The translations under genes were made by a program, and so were the position numbers. A DNA stretch of 64,000 bases from the human T2T-CHM13v2.0 reference genome, Homo sapiens. Within the stretch, counting starts at the first letter, position 1. Each line of letters starts with the position of its first letter. The notes beneath the pieces were generated by a model. That model saw nothing but the letters and a program-made list of their open reading frames with translations. It searched no databases and had not been told where the DNA came from. Shown piece after piece: positions 43,959 to 57,870 of the stretch. The stretch lies in the NCBI RefSeq assembly GCF_009914755.1, contig NC_060932.1, one strand, 5' to 3'.

Positions 43959-44411
43959 TGTTGGGAGATCGTTCTCATGGGTTTTTTGGGTTTCTGTACA
44001 TTTTGTGAGGCACTGACTGCCCTTTGTCTCAGATGATCTTTTCAAAAATATTTCTATAGCAAACAGCCTTGAAAGGTAGCGATGGTGTCTCCTTCAGAGC
44101 AAAGGGCAAGCATGCTGACTGCCCATGATACAAAATTGGCGATCCCTAGGCTCAGATGTCCTCTCCTGTCATGAAACCTATTGCATGTGTGGGTATCATC
44201 CAGCCCTGTTCATATCACCCTATGGGCACTGGGCCCCAGGGAATCAATGCAAAAATGCTAATACTCTGGCTGCTGGTATTGCTGTGAGTAATAAACTACC
44301 CTCCATCTCTGCCCCAAGAGTCTCATATCTGCCAGATTTATGAAACAGTCATAAGTTAACTTATCAGCTTGCAGGTAGGGTAAGCTCTCAGACCCTTCTC
44401 AGTTCTTGACA
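43959..44411 (+). mobile_element. LTR40-type ERVL solo LTR
   Basis: TG...CA ends; tgttgggaga...gaggcactgactgcc...tatagcaaacagccttg; AATAAA; TSD ccttc/cctta. Confidence 0.82.
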
Positions 44412-45709
44412 CCTTACTGTCTCCAGAATCTTACAGAAACCTGAGAGGCTTACATGGTATCCAGAAAATAGAGATAAGCTTCCAGTTTTCCATCCCGCTG
44501 ATGACAGCTGGTTCTTTACAGTCCAGGCTCACTTTGTTCATAGAGGGATATTGACCCTCTATGTGTCAAAATAGACAATGAAATATTTGCCTTGACTGGC
44601 GAACCCTGTGCTTAGGATCTAGCTTTCCACATTTCCATTCCCCTCTGAGGCCCTGCCACCTCCTGCCACTATATGGGAACAGAGCACAGATATCCACTAC
44701 TCCAAGATCTGGTCAGTCTTGGAGGATCCCATCTCTCTCCTGTTATTCCTTCTTTTACCTGTCCTCTTACATCTGTCTCCTGACATCCAGGGCACGTTAG
44801 TATAATCGCCTCAAGTTAAGGCTTTCACCAAAGACAAGAAGAGAAGTTCCCTTCTGGTCCAAACTTTCCCTGAGGCAAGTGGACCCAAAGAGCAGCCCCC
44901 TTGTCTTTGTGCACAGGAAAGGCAAAACAGGTCGTAGCTCAACAAATTATCTGCCACAGCAGTAAGCATTCTGTGTGATTAACTGTGGCTAACTTTTGTT
45001 TACTTATGGCATCTCTTTACCTTTTGTGTCTTTGGCTTTAGTTGCAGGAAATGTTTCCCTTGCTCTCCCCCTCAGTTACATCGAGCTAGTGGTTAGGAAA
45101 CTATCTCAGCTCTCTTTCTTCTGGTCCACCAAATTAAGAAGAATACTATCTGAAGTACCATAAACACAAAAAATACATAAAATAATAATGATGATGATAT
45201 AACAATGAACACCCTCCTTCTCTCCTATGTATATTTCTTCTTCCTGCCTGGCTGCCCCCAGCAAAGAGGTGTAGAAAAATGAAGAGAAATAAAGTGAAAC
45301 CAAGTCCGCTTTGAAAGGATTCTGGGCAACCTTTGGATTTTGCCTTATTTGCAACCAGTTACGTCAGTGTTAGTGTCCTTTTAGCCGTGGGTTTTATGCT
45401 GAAATATCTGTGACAGTTAATATAACTGGAGTGGCAAGATTTCCTGTAGATGCCAACTCTTGTTCTCCCAGTTTTAAATAAATCCTCAATTCTCCTAGTC
45501 CCCAAACAGTCCTAGGTATGTGCTCACCATTGGCAGTAATGACATTGTCTACATCTACCTCTCTTGCGAGGCATTGGCAACGCATACACCCATGGGGATA
45601 CAAGCTTGTCTAGTTATGAAGAAATGTGGCCCTAGTTACATTTTCAGATATCTCACATAAATAATTCTGGCCTGCAAAAAAGAAAAAACAATTAAGTCAT
45701 CTGTCTCAT

Positions 45710-45890
45710 GTTTTATATCCTTTTGGAACCTTGGGGTTGTAAACTCCCTCTTGTATGAGGACAGAATCTTGGCTTATCTTGTTCATGTTGTGTCTCCTAA
45801 GCCTAGAGCAGTGCTTTGCCCACAAAAAGTGTTCAATCAATATTTGCTGACCAAATGAATGGCCATGAGAATAAATGAATAAATTGTGTG
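45710..45890 (+). mobile_element. L2 3' end
   Basis: tgtctcctaagcctagagcagtgc...ttcaatcaatatttgctgaccaaatgaat. Confidence 0.8.
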
Positions 45891-46133
45891 AAGAACTAGA
45901 CAATTAAAATATCCTTGATTAAGATACAAAAGTTAAAATGCTACCGTTTTAGGTTTCTGTGGAATCAACCCTTAAATAAATTATTCCCTGTAAGTCTGAC
46001 GCTTAGAGAGGGTCAAGAGAAAATATTTTCTTCCCTTATTAATAAGATTTGGTAAATATATAAAAGTATTCACTTCTTGGACCCTGTAAATATTTGGGGG
46101 TTTTCTTTCAAGCTTTTAGTTAGAGTTTTTATG

Positions 46134-46305
46134 CGGTGTTTCTCAACTGGGGTTCTCACGGCATGTTGTGTTGAATTGTTCCATGCACTGCAGTACATTT
46201 AGCACAATTTCTGTCCCCCACCAAATGTCGGAGGTGCTGCTAGTCAGCATGACCTCCCAGGGCACCCCCGCATATTACTCAAGCCTCTCCTTAAGAACCT
46301 ATTCT
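46134..46305 (+). mobile_element. MER20-like MITE relic
   Basis: gtgtttctcaactgggg...tgcactgcagtacatttagca. Confidence 0.5.
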
Positions 46306-46339
46306 AAATGTTGGTTGAATGAGTGATATCTAAGGACAC

Positions 46340-47000
46340 TCCCATTTCCTTAAGGAGAGAGTTCAAATCTCATCACACCTGATCAAGTCCTTCATGGCTT
46401 GTCCCCATTGCTGCTGGCAGATTTATGTCCTATGATGGCCCCATATACCCTTGCCTCCAGCATCACCAATATTCCTGCCATCACACGAGCGTACCTTGTC
46501 CCTTCACACCCCGAACCTCCACCCATACTGTTCCCTCTGCCTAGAGTACCCTTCCAATCCCTGCTTCCCACACTCATCTGACTAGCCAGTACTTATCCTG
46601 CAAGGGCAGCTCAAGAATCTCCTCATCTTGCCTGTATTTTCTGACAATTTTCCCACCTCAGCCTCCACTCAGAGGCTTGCATCTCTTTGTTTCCTTGTCA
46701 GTCTCCCAGATAAACATTGAGCTCTCTGAAAATAGACAGCGTGGCTTCCTCATTTCTGTATCCCCAGTACTTAATACTGTGTGCAATGGAATATTTGACA
46801 TGCCACCCTGTTACCATGTAGTATGCACTATACACATAAAGCATATTAATCAGGAACACTGCACTGGGAGCTTGCCATGTGCCACCCCTATGCTGGGAGC
46901 TGGGGGAGCCGTGATGAGGGAATAAGACAGACGTGAACCCTTTCCTCATGATGCTTACAGTCTAGATAGAAGGGGAGACATGAAACAAGTCATTTCAACT
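46340..47000. mobile_element. Adjacent L2 fragments (plus ~46340-46790, minus ~46830-47000)
   Basis: ctgttccctctgcctagagtacccttcc; tgccacccctatgctgggagctgggg...catgatgcttacagtctag. Confidence 0.65.
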
Positions 47001-47224
47001 TCAGTGTGAGCAATGAAAGAGGAGGTAGAGAGGGAAGGGAAGGAGAGAGGACAGCCAGGGCCCTGTCATTGTAGGCCCCCACAAGGAAAGAGCAGTGTGG
47101 GATGAGTCAGTGTTAGCTAGGCAAGGAAGGGCAAAAGGAGTGTCCCAGGCAGTTGATGGAGGAGTCAAGAGTGACAGACAATGCATTCCCTTTCACAGAT
47201 TCATTAATTCATTGAGTCAAGTTC

Positions 47225-47465
47225 CATGGTCCAGCTGTCCAGGTCAGAATGCAGGGACCACTATTCGCCACCTGCATGACTTTAGGCAGGTTGCCAATCA
47301 GCCTCATTCCCCATTCAGTAAAATGGGAATAATGATCTTACGCTTGATAGATTTACTGTTAGGATTAAATATAAGAATCCATTTAAAGTGCCTACCACAT
47401 GGTCTGGTGCCCAGCAAGTGCCCCCTAAATATGATCCTTATCATTTTCTCTTATTATTACTCCAC
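47225..47465 (+). mobile_element. MIR
   Basis: gcctcattccccattcagtaaaatgggaataatgat...ggattaaat. Confidence 0.8.
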
Positions 47466-48406
47466 AAATAGTTATAACCATGCCCACCATATGCCAGGCA
47501 TCAAGCTAATCACAGAATAAAGAGGAGTAAGACAATATTTTTGCACTAGAAAGGCAAGAGACACATGTGGGCAAAACAAGGGCAATGCACACACAGAAAA
47601 CAGTCAAAGATGGCTTAGGTTGCCGTTGTTGTTAGAGCCAACAGTAATAATACACAAGTGCAATAAAGTACCCCTAGAGCTATGATAGAAGCTGGGAACT
47701 CAGGAGAAAAGACATCTCCTGGTTTTGTCTGATGGATCCTACCTGGCATCTCTGCCCTACCACCAAGGCTCTGGCCAGGTGGCCTCTCCACCCACTCTCT
47801 ACTGTCCTCCTGCTGGCATCTGCCACCTGCGACATCTTCCTTCTCCCTTAAGCCAGCTCCAATGCTTTGAGTGTCAAAGACCTTACTCCAGGCCCACCTT
47901 CTCCACAAAACTCCCCACCTATTCCAAGCCTCATTGTCCTCCCTCTCGCCACTCTGATTTAGTGTTAAATGAGAGTGTTCTTGTCTTGTTTGCTGCTTTT
48001 TCACAAGTGGGACTAGAAAGACAGATATCCCCTTAAGTGGTGTGTTGCACAATCATAAAATAAGGAAAACAATGGGCCCATGGGGCCATTCCAAGTAATC
48101 AAAGAAATATGTTTGTCATGAAAAATTTATAGATCAAAATTGGCCAACAAATCATGTGGCATCTTAGAGTCATTTTCATATAGTTAATTTTCCATACTGT
48201 TTGTTAAGAACAGATTTCTCCATAGAGTGATGCAAGGAATATTAAAAAAAAAGAAAGAAAGAAAGAAAGAAAAAACAGATTTCTCCACCCTCACCTCACC
48301 CTCAGATTATTAAGTCAGAAACTTCCATGGGTGAAATGCAGGAATTTATTTTTAACATGTTCCCCAAGTAATAATTATTTTAAAATAAGTTGAGGAAATC
48401 TTGATT

Positions 48407-49235
<829 letters not shown>

Positions 49236-51870
49236 AGTCACATGTCTTGTTTTAATCATTAGTGGGCACCTACAAACTTTCTTTTTCTCGAGATATTCTT
49301 CAATTTTGTAAGATTTTGACAATACCAGAGCAAAGCTATGGGTTACTGGTTCCTTGGGACCCATCAATAGTCCCAAATTGTGCCCAAATCCACTTGTGAG
49401 AATACACTGCTTTGTAAAGTTGGCTTCTAATGCCTTCAATTCAGGAGCAACCCTTGTTAATCCTGTCTTTAAATCCATTGTCACTAATCCATCCTCTCTT
49501 TGGACCTCTTCAGAGAGGTTTAAAAACACTAACAATGTTTTATTCATCTTTTTGGTTCGCATAAAACTAAGGATTAAAATCCTTGTAGTTCACAGGTTAT
49601 AGATTATGCCTTTTTTCCCAGATATTTCCCATAAAGTATTTAGACTTACATAAAATATTGTGATCCAAAGTCTAGAAGAGATTAAAGGATGAATTTTCAT
49701 CCTAATTCATCATGCACATATACAATTATTTTGGCTGGTGTCTGCCTTATGTATGCATTTAAACATGTTTTATTCATGTTCCTGTATATAATTGTCCACG
49801 CTTATGTCACACAATCCATTCAAATGCCTAAGCATTATAAATACACGTATAATTTTTTACTACTTAGGATTACATAGAAATTAGATTTGTCAGGTTTTTG
49901 TGTATTTTGATGATATGACACTAAAATAGTTGAGTCCATAAGTTCAAATTTTGAAGCATATTAATCACTTTGTTACAGTAAAATGCACAGACACAGTAGA
50001 ATAATAGCAGTCTGTGTGATTACTCTAGCAGGTTCTATTAGAAATATGTGTATTTGTTCCTGAAAGCCATCTTTATTTCTTTCCTTCAATATAAAATTGG
50101 TTCAGAAAAAAAAAAAAGATTCAAATCCATACTGGCATTTTCAAGGAATCACACTATCTAATGTGAGACATCTTATCACATTAGTAATCATATTCAGAGA
50201 AAAAGGTTTTTTGGACATGTGAAATTTTCCATTCAGCTCTAGAAGCAAATCAGTGCCCTGCAGCAAATATAACCACATAGGCCCAGTCACACACTAATAA
50301 CCCTTCCATACCACTCCACTAATTTGATGTTGCTGCCCATTCTAAATTACTAAGGAGTTCTTTAAAAATACCATCTATTTGCTTTTGAATACACAGTATA
50401 TTTTCTTCTAACTACATTCTGATCACATTTCACAGAGGAAAATACATCTGGCCTATGAGTGGCATAAAATGGGTATTTCCTCAGGGGTGTGTAAAGTGTA
50501 TATAAATCTCAGCTTCTGCCTGAGATTTGCAGAGATGCTAATACACAGGTCACTTGTGCGCTGACTTTTCTTTGTGATTTGGGAGCTATGCTTGCAAGCT
50601 CTCTGTGGTGTAATGAGATCATGGGCAGTTTGGCTTACATGCATAAAGATTTCAGTCTTTTGCAAGTAGTCCCTCTGCCCCTGTACATTAGGTTCCTACA
50701 TTGCCTTAATGTACCAGCCTCCCATCTACATTTATTTGGAAAAGAATAAAAGCATTATTTTCTTTAGTTTACTCAGACTAAGAGAAATAAATTCGTATCT
50801 ATGCATACAGTTGTGTGCTACACCGATAATATTAAATAAATACATTATAGCAGCTCTTTTTTTTAATGGCTCAATTTTTTTTTCCTTTGATTGCTTTCAC
50901 CAATAAAAGTGTAGTCTGTGGAAAAGCACCCTTCTGGATAATCCATTGTCTCATTTTAACTCATTTTTATCAGGGAATTCCCCCTGCAGCAATCCCCACT
51001 GCCAGCCATTAGCTGTGCACATCTGCCCACAGTAATGACCAATCCTGTGTACATACCTGACTGCCATCTAATTTAAACTTCGCCCATAGGACACTAACGC
51101 AGCATCTCCAGGGCCATCTAAATTCTGGACTGTTGACATATTATGGTTATCACTTCATTCAGTCTTTGGAAGTGAATTAAGAGTGCCTGAGGTCGCAAAC
51201 AGGTCAAATGCCTATGCCATGGGCCCTCAGCTTACCCATGCCTAGCTTCATGTATGTTCAGACAGAATGTGTGTCACATCACAGCCCCCATAACTTTATT
51301 GCAGTCGTGACCTAAATTAAAGATGTTTTCATCCAGTCCCTTCCTCTATGCAATACAAAGTATTATGAATATGTCAGTGTGATCACAAAGAAACATGTAT
51401 TTCACATCAATAAATAGAAAGGCCATATATTAAAATTTGTTCTACCTGAATTTTATTCCTCTTTGATCTGTTTTCATCTTTAAACATGTTCTAGTTTAAA
51501 GAGATCATTTAATTAAAGCAACGGAAATGAGAGCAATTATTTTCAAGTTGTTATAAAACACATTCACAACATTGTCTCCAGACCCTGAGCCTTTGGTCTT
51601 TTCTACTAGATTGCAAGGGACTAAAGGACAAGGGCAGTAGCAGGATGCCATATCTACACTAAGGGGGCTAGAGAGTCCTAAGACAAGACCTAGAGGATCT
51701 CCTGAACAAGCACGTTACTGGAGATGAGGAGAATGGTCAGCAGACCGCTGCAATGATTCAGACAAAAAGTCACCATGCCCTGAACTAAAGCCGAGGATGT
51801 CTCAAGAGATATTCTGGAAATAGACATAATAAGATTTGGATATGGAAGACAAGAGACTAGGAGTTGAAAC

Positions 51871-53240
51871 AGACTTAGATCTCAGCTCTGACATGTAAAG
51901 ATCTTGGAAACCACCACTCCTATCCTTAAAACAAGAAAAAGCAAACTGAAAATCAACAACTTTTCTTGGACCTATCACAGAATGAAGGCAGCAGATCAAA
52001 CCACCAGCCCAAAACCGGGAAAAATAGGTGCATCCTAAAGATACAACAACAAAGATCTGTTTACTTAGAGCAGCAGCTGCAGGAACGGGGAAACTGGTAG
52101 AAACACCTAAATGGTAAGTTTAATGAATTGCTAGAGGCTGAGTGTAAACTAGTGTAAGAGTGAGAAATTCCTGGGGGCCATAGTCTTGGGGGGGTCACAC
52201 TGTCTTGGATTTTTCCCTTCAGATCCCTTTCAGGAACCCACTAGGTTTTCACAGTGAGGATCTGAGCAAGATCTCCTCGCCCTGGCACAGGGAAGGGAGG
52301 AGTCACTGCCGTGAAGCCCACCCAGAGCCTTCTCCAAAATGAAGGCCTATTCTCTAGGGAAAAGACTTCACCTGTGTACAATTCCAAAACCTTATCTCAC
52401 CTGGAGGAAAGGAATTCTCCTCACTCCAGCTCCCTCAGCCTTTCCATCTCACTTAAGACAGAAAAGCAATCCCATAGTCATCAAGGGACAGTGCTTCAAG
52501 GAAATAGACTGGGAAAGCTGCAGCCAGGGATTGACCAAGGACAAGGTGGGAAAGGCTATGCCATGGGAGGAGGGATAGAAACACATGTGAAGGCCACAGC
52601 TTCAAGACACAGGCCCCCCAAATGACTGAGACCTAATCAGAAGATTGTAGAATGCTCCCCTTCCTTTCCCCATACCCTACTGCCACGCCAACAGGCTCCA
52701 GTGTAATAACTGCCAATTACAGCTGAAAGAGGTGCAAGACCCACACTGTCTCTAAGAAACAGTGTATAGGGATGCCTCAAAGCCAAGAGAGAGGATAGAA
52801 ATAAGGACACCAGAGAAAACTGATCCTCTGGCACCTGCAAGTAAAATCAAGATTAAACACAGCCCAACTCCTTGCCAGATTAACATAAATCCTCCCACTA
52901 AAGACCTATTTACCACACTTCCTATTACCAACATAATATGTTCAGCTTTCAACAAAAAATTCCAGGGCATGCCAAAAGGCAAGAAAAACCACAGTCTGTA
53001 GAGAAAAGGCCATCATCAGAATCAGACTCAGATATGACACAGATGTTGGAATTATCACACAGGGAAATTATTTCATACAAGAACTCTGTTAAGGGCTCTA
53101 AGGGAAAAAGTGGGTAGGCGATATGCAAGATGAGATGGACAATATAACTAGAGAGATGGAAACTCTAAGAAAGAATCTAAAGAAAATGCTAGAAATCAAA
53201 AACGCAGTAACAGAAGTGAAGAGTGCCTTTGACTAGCTCA
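51871..53240 (+). mobile_element. 5' end (5'UTR and start of ORF1) of an old L1M (L1MC/MD-5' type), nested in L2
   Basis: cagctctgacatgtaaagatcttggaa...aaactgaaaatcaacaacttttcttggacc; coiled-coil segment gagatggaaactctaagaaagaatc...aaatgctagaaatcaaaaac. Confidence 0.78.
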
Positions 53241-54230
53241 GTAGTGGGGAGCTGAGTCTCACTCTCAGGTGATAGGATAGATGGTACTGGCATTTATCAA
53301 GATAGAAATATATAGGGGGAGGAACCGGGTTAGAGCAAAGATGATGTTTTGTTGTTGTTGTTGTTGTTTTACCTAAAAGAGATGGTTTCCAAAGTAGATA
53401 TATATAGGCCATGAGTGTTAACAAAGAGGTGAGCTGAAAGAAGACATTCCAAAAAAAGGAATGGTCAAGACACCAAAGAGAGATTGACTAAAATGAGCAG
53501 TAGAAAGTGTGCTCTGGATTTGGCATTAGGTGATTGTTGGTCATTAGAGCCACAGCACTAAAGCCGGGGCAGCTTCCATGGAAATCTGAGTGTCTGGATA
53601 TCTTCTGATGAAAGAGAGAAATGACAGCTGACAGCCTGACAGCTAGGGAGGTGACAGCGAAGCTTTCACCAAAAATGCAGGGCTGCTGCCACTAGCTTGG
53701 AATTGTCGGGTTTGCCTACAAGGTCAGGACAGACTCAGTGGGGACTGCTTGCAGATGCGACACACAGGAAGGGGACATCAGAGGGCAGAACTCGGATTGC
53801 AAGGGAAGAGAGGTAAAAAGAAGGCAGGGAGTGTAGACAGGGAGCTCGGGCTCCACTTGCAAAAACTTGGCAGGGTGTTGTGGGGGAAAAGGACAAGAGA
53901 TTCAGGCTGAGAGTCGGAGAGTGTTTCTTAAGATGGAAGAGTTGTGAAACTATTCATACATTGAGCCAAAAAGCAGTTAACATGTGAGTGAGGGAGAGAG
54001 AACATATTTATGAAGTAAGGCTTCAAAATTAACTGGTGGGGCTGGGACCCTGAATGCAAGTGGAGGAACCACCCTCAGAAGGAGGGCAACCGGCCACTCC
54101 TTCCATTAAAACACATCTTTTCCATAGAAGAGGCATGAAGGGGGAAAACAAGGTTATGGATATGGATACATTTGCACATAAAGTTGGAAGAAGGAAATTG
54201 AAAGAATTCATGTAGGTTGTTGGATCAGGC
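53240..54230 (-). mobile_element. L2 (continues from ~51580-51860), carrying a non-L2 insert at 53604-53787
   Basis: ggatttggcattaggtgattgttggtca...gagggcagaactcggattgc...gcaaaaacttggc. Confidence 0.65.
53604..53787 (+). repeat. Left arm of a ~184-bp inverted repeat
   Basis: Reverse complement of 54907-55089; 13 mismatches and 1 gap by manual alignment. Confidence 0.95.
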
Positions 54231-54537
54231 TATATTACTCTGTAGGCCAGTCATTTCCAAACACTGTTTGTTTAGTACTTGAGTTGAGTACACCCCCAAA
54301 TATATGTATATTTATTTATAAGTTTCATGCAAATGCTACTGTCAATTTTTATTTAACTAAAGCTTAATTTCTTTCTACATTTGTATAAAAAGGCATTAAA
54401 TACTGTACATATCACTTAGCTAAGATTATCACATGCCCTTCCTAGAGGGTACATTCTCCATGTTGAAAGTACTGGTCTATGCCAAATTTTTTTAAATAGC
54501 TATATAAAAGGAACCCTGCCACAAAAACCCAAACTCT

Positions 54538-54668
54538 TTAATTGTAGGGACAGGGTCTCTCTATGTTGTCCAGGTTGATCTTGAACTCCTGGACTCAAGT
54601 GATCCTCCTGTCTCAGCCTCCCAAAGTACTGGGATTACAGGCATACAGGCATGAGCCACTATGCCAGC
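54538..54668 (-). mobile_element. FLAM / left Alu monomer
   Basis: Antisense left arm; TSD cccaaactct/cccaaaccct. Confidence 0.88.
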
Positions 54669-54906
54669 CCCAAACCCTCCTATTTTAGTTTCTAAACAAC
54701 CCAACCACCCACAATCACCTTAATCTACTTACTAGCATTCATGCCCACCTACCTTGGAAACTATATTTTTTTATCTTCCAGCATCCAGTTTGTGCCAAGC
54801 AATATTTACTCAGTTTCCCTATCCCAGCTTCTTCCCCAGGCATAGCTCTTTAACTTGGCAAATTCATAAACACTTTTAGAGATTAACATCCTCCCAGCTT
54901 AAGCCA

Positions 54907-55089
54907 TGCCCTCTAATGTCCCTTCCCGTGTGTTACATCTGCAGGCAGTCCCCACTGAGTCTGTCCTGGCCTTTCAGACAAACCCGACAATTCCAAGCTA
55001 GTGGCAGCAGCCCTGCATTTCTGGTGAAAGCTTTGCTGTCACCTCCCTAGCTGTCAGGCTGTCAGCTGTCATTTCACTCTTCCATCAGA
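54907..55089 (-). repeat. Right arm of the inverted repeat
   Basis: tgccctctaatgtccc...ctgtcagctgtcatttcactcttccatcaga. Confidence 0.95.
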
Positions 55090-56389
55090 GCGATTCCAAC
55101 TTGCAACCTCCTCTGCCCTCTGCTTCTTAGCTTCTCTGGGCTGGGAAACAAGACAACTGGAAAGGCTGAAAATAGAATACTAAATGGAAATCAGTGAAGA
55201 TTTTAGGAAGTGCTAAGGAGCTTTTGGCTTTAACGCAGGGACAATGAGTCTATTGTTTTGTATCTCAAAGGCCTTTTTCACTTATTGTTTCAGATCAAAG
55301 CTGTCTTCCAGACTGACCTCTATATGCAGGAGATGCTACAATATTTATCTTGGGTTTTCTCAAAGCAAATACATACTGGCATTCCTAATGACGCCAGCAT
55401 CGTAATAAAGCTGCAGTAAACATTGCATTGCTCCCTAAGACCTGGGTGAAGGGAACACGTCTTAACAAAACATATTTTTCATCCTGTATTGGCAAAGTAT
55501 ATTGCTAAAATTAGTATAAATTGCCACAATCTATAACATATTCTCTTTTAAGCTTTTATGTTGGGAGGTGGTCCTAATCCTTTCATCTGTTTTCTCACTG
55601 TACGATATGAACCAATCCACAGAATTGATGCCCACCTTCCAGATGACCCCAACTTAGTGAAACCCAGAGAAGAGTTAAGGAAGCAAATACCCATTTTTCT
55701 GATTCCCCAGGAGTGCGCCAGCTACAAGACAGAAAGGAGAGTCTAGTAACTGCTTCATCTGTACCTGCTGTCCTCATTTCCATTATGAGCCGCAAATGGT
55801 AAAATCAATGGGGAGAGATGAAACTAGAATACAAAGAGACCTAAAACTGCTATAAATCACTGCTCTACCCTGGGAGGCCTGGGCAGAAACTCCTTGGAGA
55901 GTTTCCCTGAGAAAGGCTCTGCTATTCAACCAAAGTATTAAGTTTCTCCTAAAGGACTTTGGTCCCAACTGACACATAGCCTCTCAGTGCCTGCTAGCCC
56001 ATCCCAGGAGGGAATGTCATCCTATGCACCAAGCTCCTGTAAGCCCTTTCTTGGAGAGACCCTTTGCAGAGCGGAACTGCAAAAAAGCAGTGCTGCTCTG
56101 CTCAGTGATGGCCAATCAGGTGCTTTCCCCTAAGCCTCCAACTCACAGACTAGGGGTCGCACAGGCAGGCAATAGGTGGGTAAGACGGAACTGGGTAAGA
56201 TGGAACGAGGTGGGGAGGTCTCCCTCAACTCAGGCTTGCTTTGTTCCCTGAGGGAGGTAAGTTTCCTTTTGCTGTCGAGGGAAGGGACTCACTCCTAGAT
56301 ACTGCCTTCCATTTCCCTTGCTTCTCTCACCAGAAGTTTTTTTGGAAATATCCAACTCCCTTCTCCCGTATTCATTTTTAATTCTTCAA

Positions 56390-57420
56390 AAATGCATTCA
56401 ATTCATTGATTCCAAATATTTAATAAAGCCTTAATATGTGCAGTTATTTTTCCAGGTGCTGAATTCCTGATGCCATGGAGCTTATATTCTAGAGAGAGAA
56501 CAGAAAACCATATAAATGTATAGCAAAAAAGTCAGGTGCCTTGAAGGAAAACAAACAGGGTTAGAAGACAGCAGAGACTTGAAGAATAAGGAGGAGCAGC
56601 CACGGGCAGGTCTGAGAGAAGAGTATTCCAGGCTGCAGGAGAGCTGGTGGACAAGGAGTCTCTGAGGTGGTAGGCAGCTGTGAGTGAGGCTGGAGCAGGA
56701 GGGAGGAGGCCAGTGGACCTGAGACAGCAGGCAGGGGAGAGATGAAGTAACGATGATGGGGAGGCAGCCATGGGCCTGGCTGTGAGGGCCTTGGAGGCCA
56801 CAGTGAGACACCAGGCTGTGTCTTGAAAGTGACACAAAGCCACTGGAGTTGAGTAAGAGCAATGGCATGATCACTCTGGCTGCGTGCGGAGAACATACTG
56901 GAAGGAGCGAGGGAGGAAGAGACCAAAAAGAGGCTCTTGTAGTGGTCCAGGCAAGAAGCAATTGCGGTATAGACCTGCCTGGTAATGGAGAAGGAGAAGA
57001 GAGATTGTTTGAATCAGGACAAGCTAGGAAGGTAGAACTGATGGGATCTGTAGAGAATGAGATGTGGGTTAAGGGAGCAAGAGAGGAGTCAGGAAAAACT
57101 CCAAGGTAGTGGGCCTTAAAACAGAGATGGGTGGTATCTTCCCAACAGAGACAGGATAAACTGAATATAGGGATGGGAGGTGGTCCTTCCAACAGAGATG
57201 GGGCGGCCTGAACACGGGGATGGGAGGTGGTCCTCCCAACAGAGACGGGGTAGCCTGAACACAGGGATGGGAGGTGGTCCGTCCAACAGAGACGGGGTAG
57301 CCTGAACACAGGGATGGGAGGTGGTCCGTCCAACAGAGACGGGGTAGCCTGAACAGGGGGATGGGAGGTGGTCCTTCCAACAGAGACGGGGAAGACACCC
57401 TGAGAAGCACAGATAAAGGG
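56390..57420 (-). mobile_element. L2a-like element
   Basis: cattcaattcattgattccaaatattt...ggaagagaccaaaaagaggctcttgtagtggtccaggcaaga...gagaggagtcagga. Confidence 0.85.
57143..57391 (+). repeat. 47-bp minisatellite, ~5.3 units
   Basis: Unit caacagagacggggtagcctgaacacagggatgggaggtggtccgtc starts at 57143, 57190, 57237, 57284, 57331 and 57378. Confidence 0.96.
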
Positions 57421-57689
57421 GAGGAAAATACAAACCCTATTTAGGCCTTTGCATTAAAATTTATCAATTCCCACCGTTAAGGAAATTGTGGCCATTAGAA
57501 TTCTGTCATTCTGAAATATATTCATAACATAATACTTTCCCCATTGGGAATGAACAAGTGAAGAACAGAGAAGACTATATACTAGGCCCAGCATACTTAT
57601 ACAAGGTCATGAGACAAAGAAGACCAGAAAGAGAGAGACCAACAGGGAGCAATGAGATCAGGTCTGTAACATAGGACCTGACCTTAAAG

Positions 57690-57870
57690 GCAAACGAGCT
57701 GTGTGGACAAGTTATTTCACTTTCCTGTGCTTCAGTTTCCTCATCTGCAAAATGGGGCTAATTATAGTAGTGCCTACCTCACAGAATTAGATGCGTTAAA
57801 ATTTGCAAAGTTCCTAGAACAGTGCCTGATACACAATAAGGGTTATAGAAATATTTTTTATAAATTTAAT
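57690..57870 (+). mobile_element. MIR
   Basis: ctgtgcttcagtttcctcatctgcaaaatgggg...agaacagtgcctgatacacaataag. Confidence 0.88.

Noticed and set aside
57143-57391. Regular repeats resembling a CRISPR array
   Set aside because: Head-to-tail tandem units with no unique spacers, in eukaryotic DNA without cas genes.
56482-57433. 283-aa and overlapping ORFs with repeated peptides
   Set aside because: Translation of the 47-bp minisatellite and L2 sequence.
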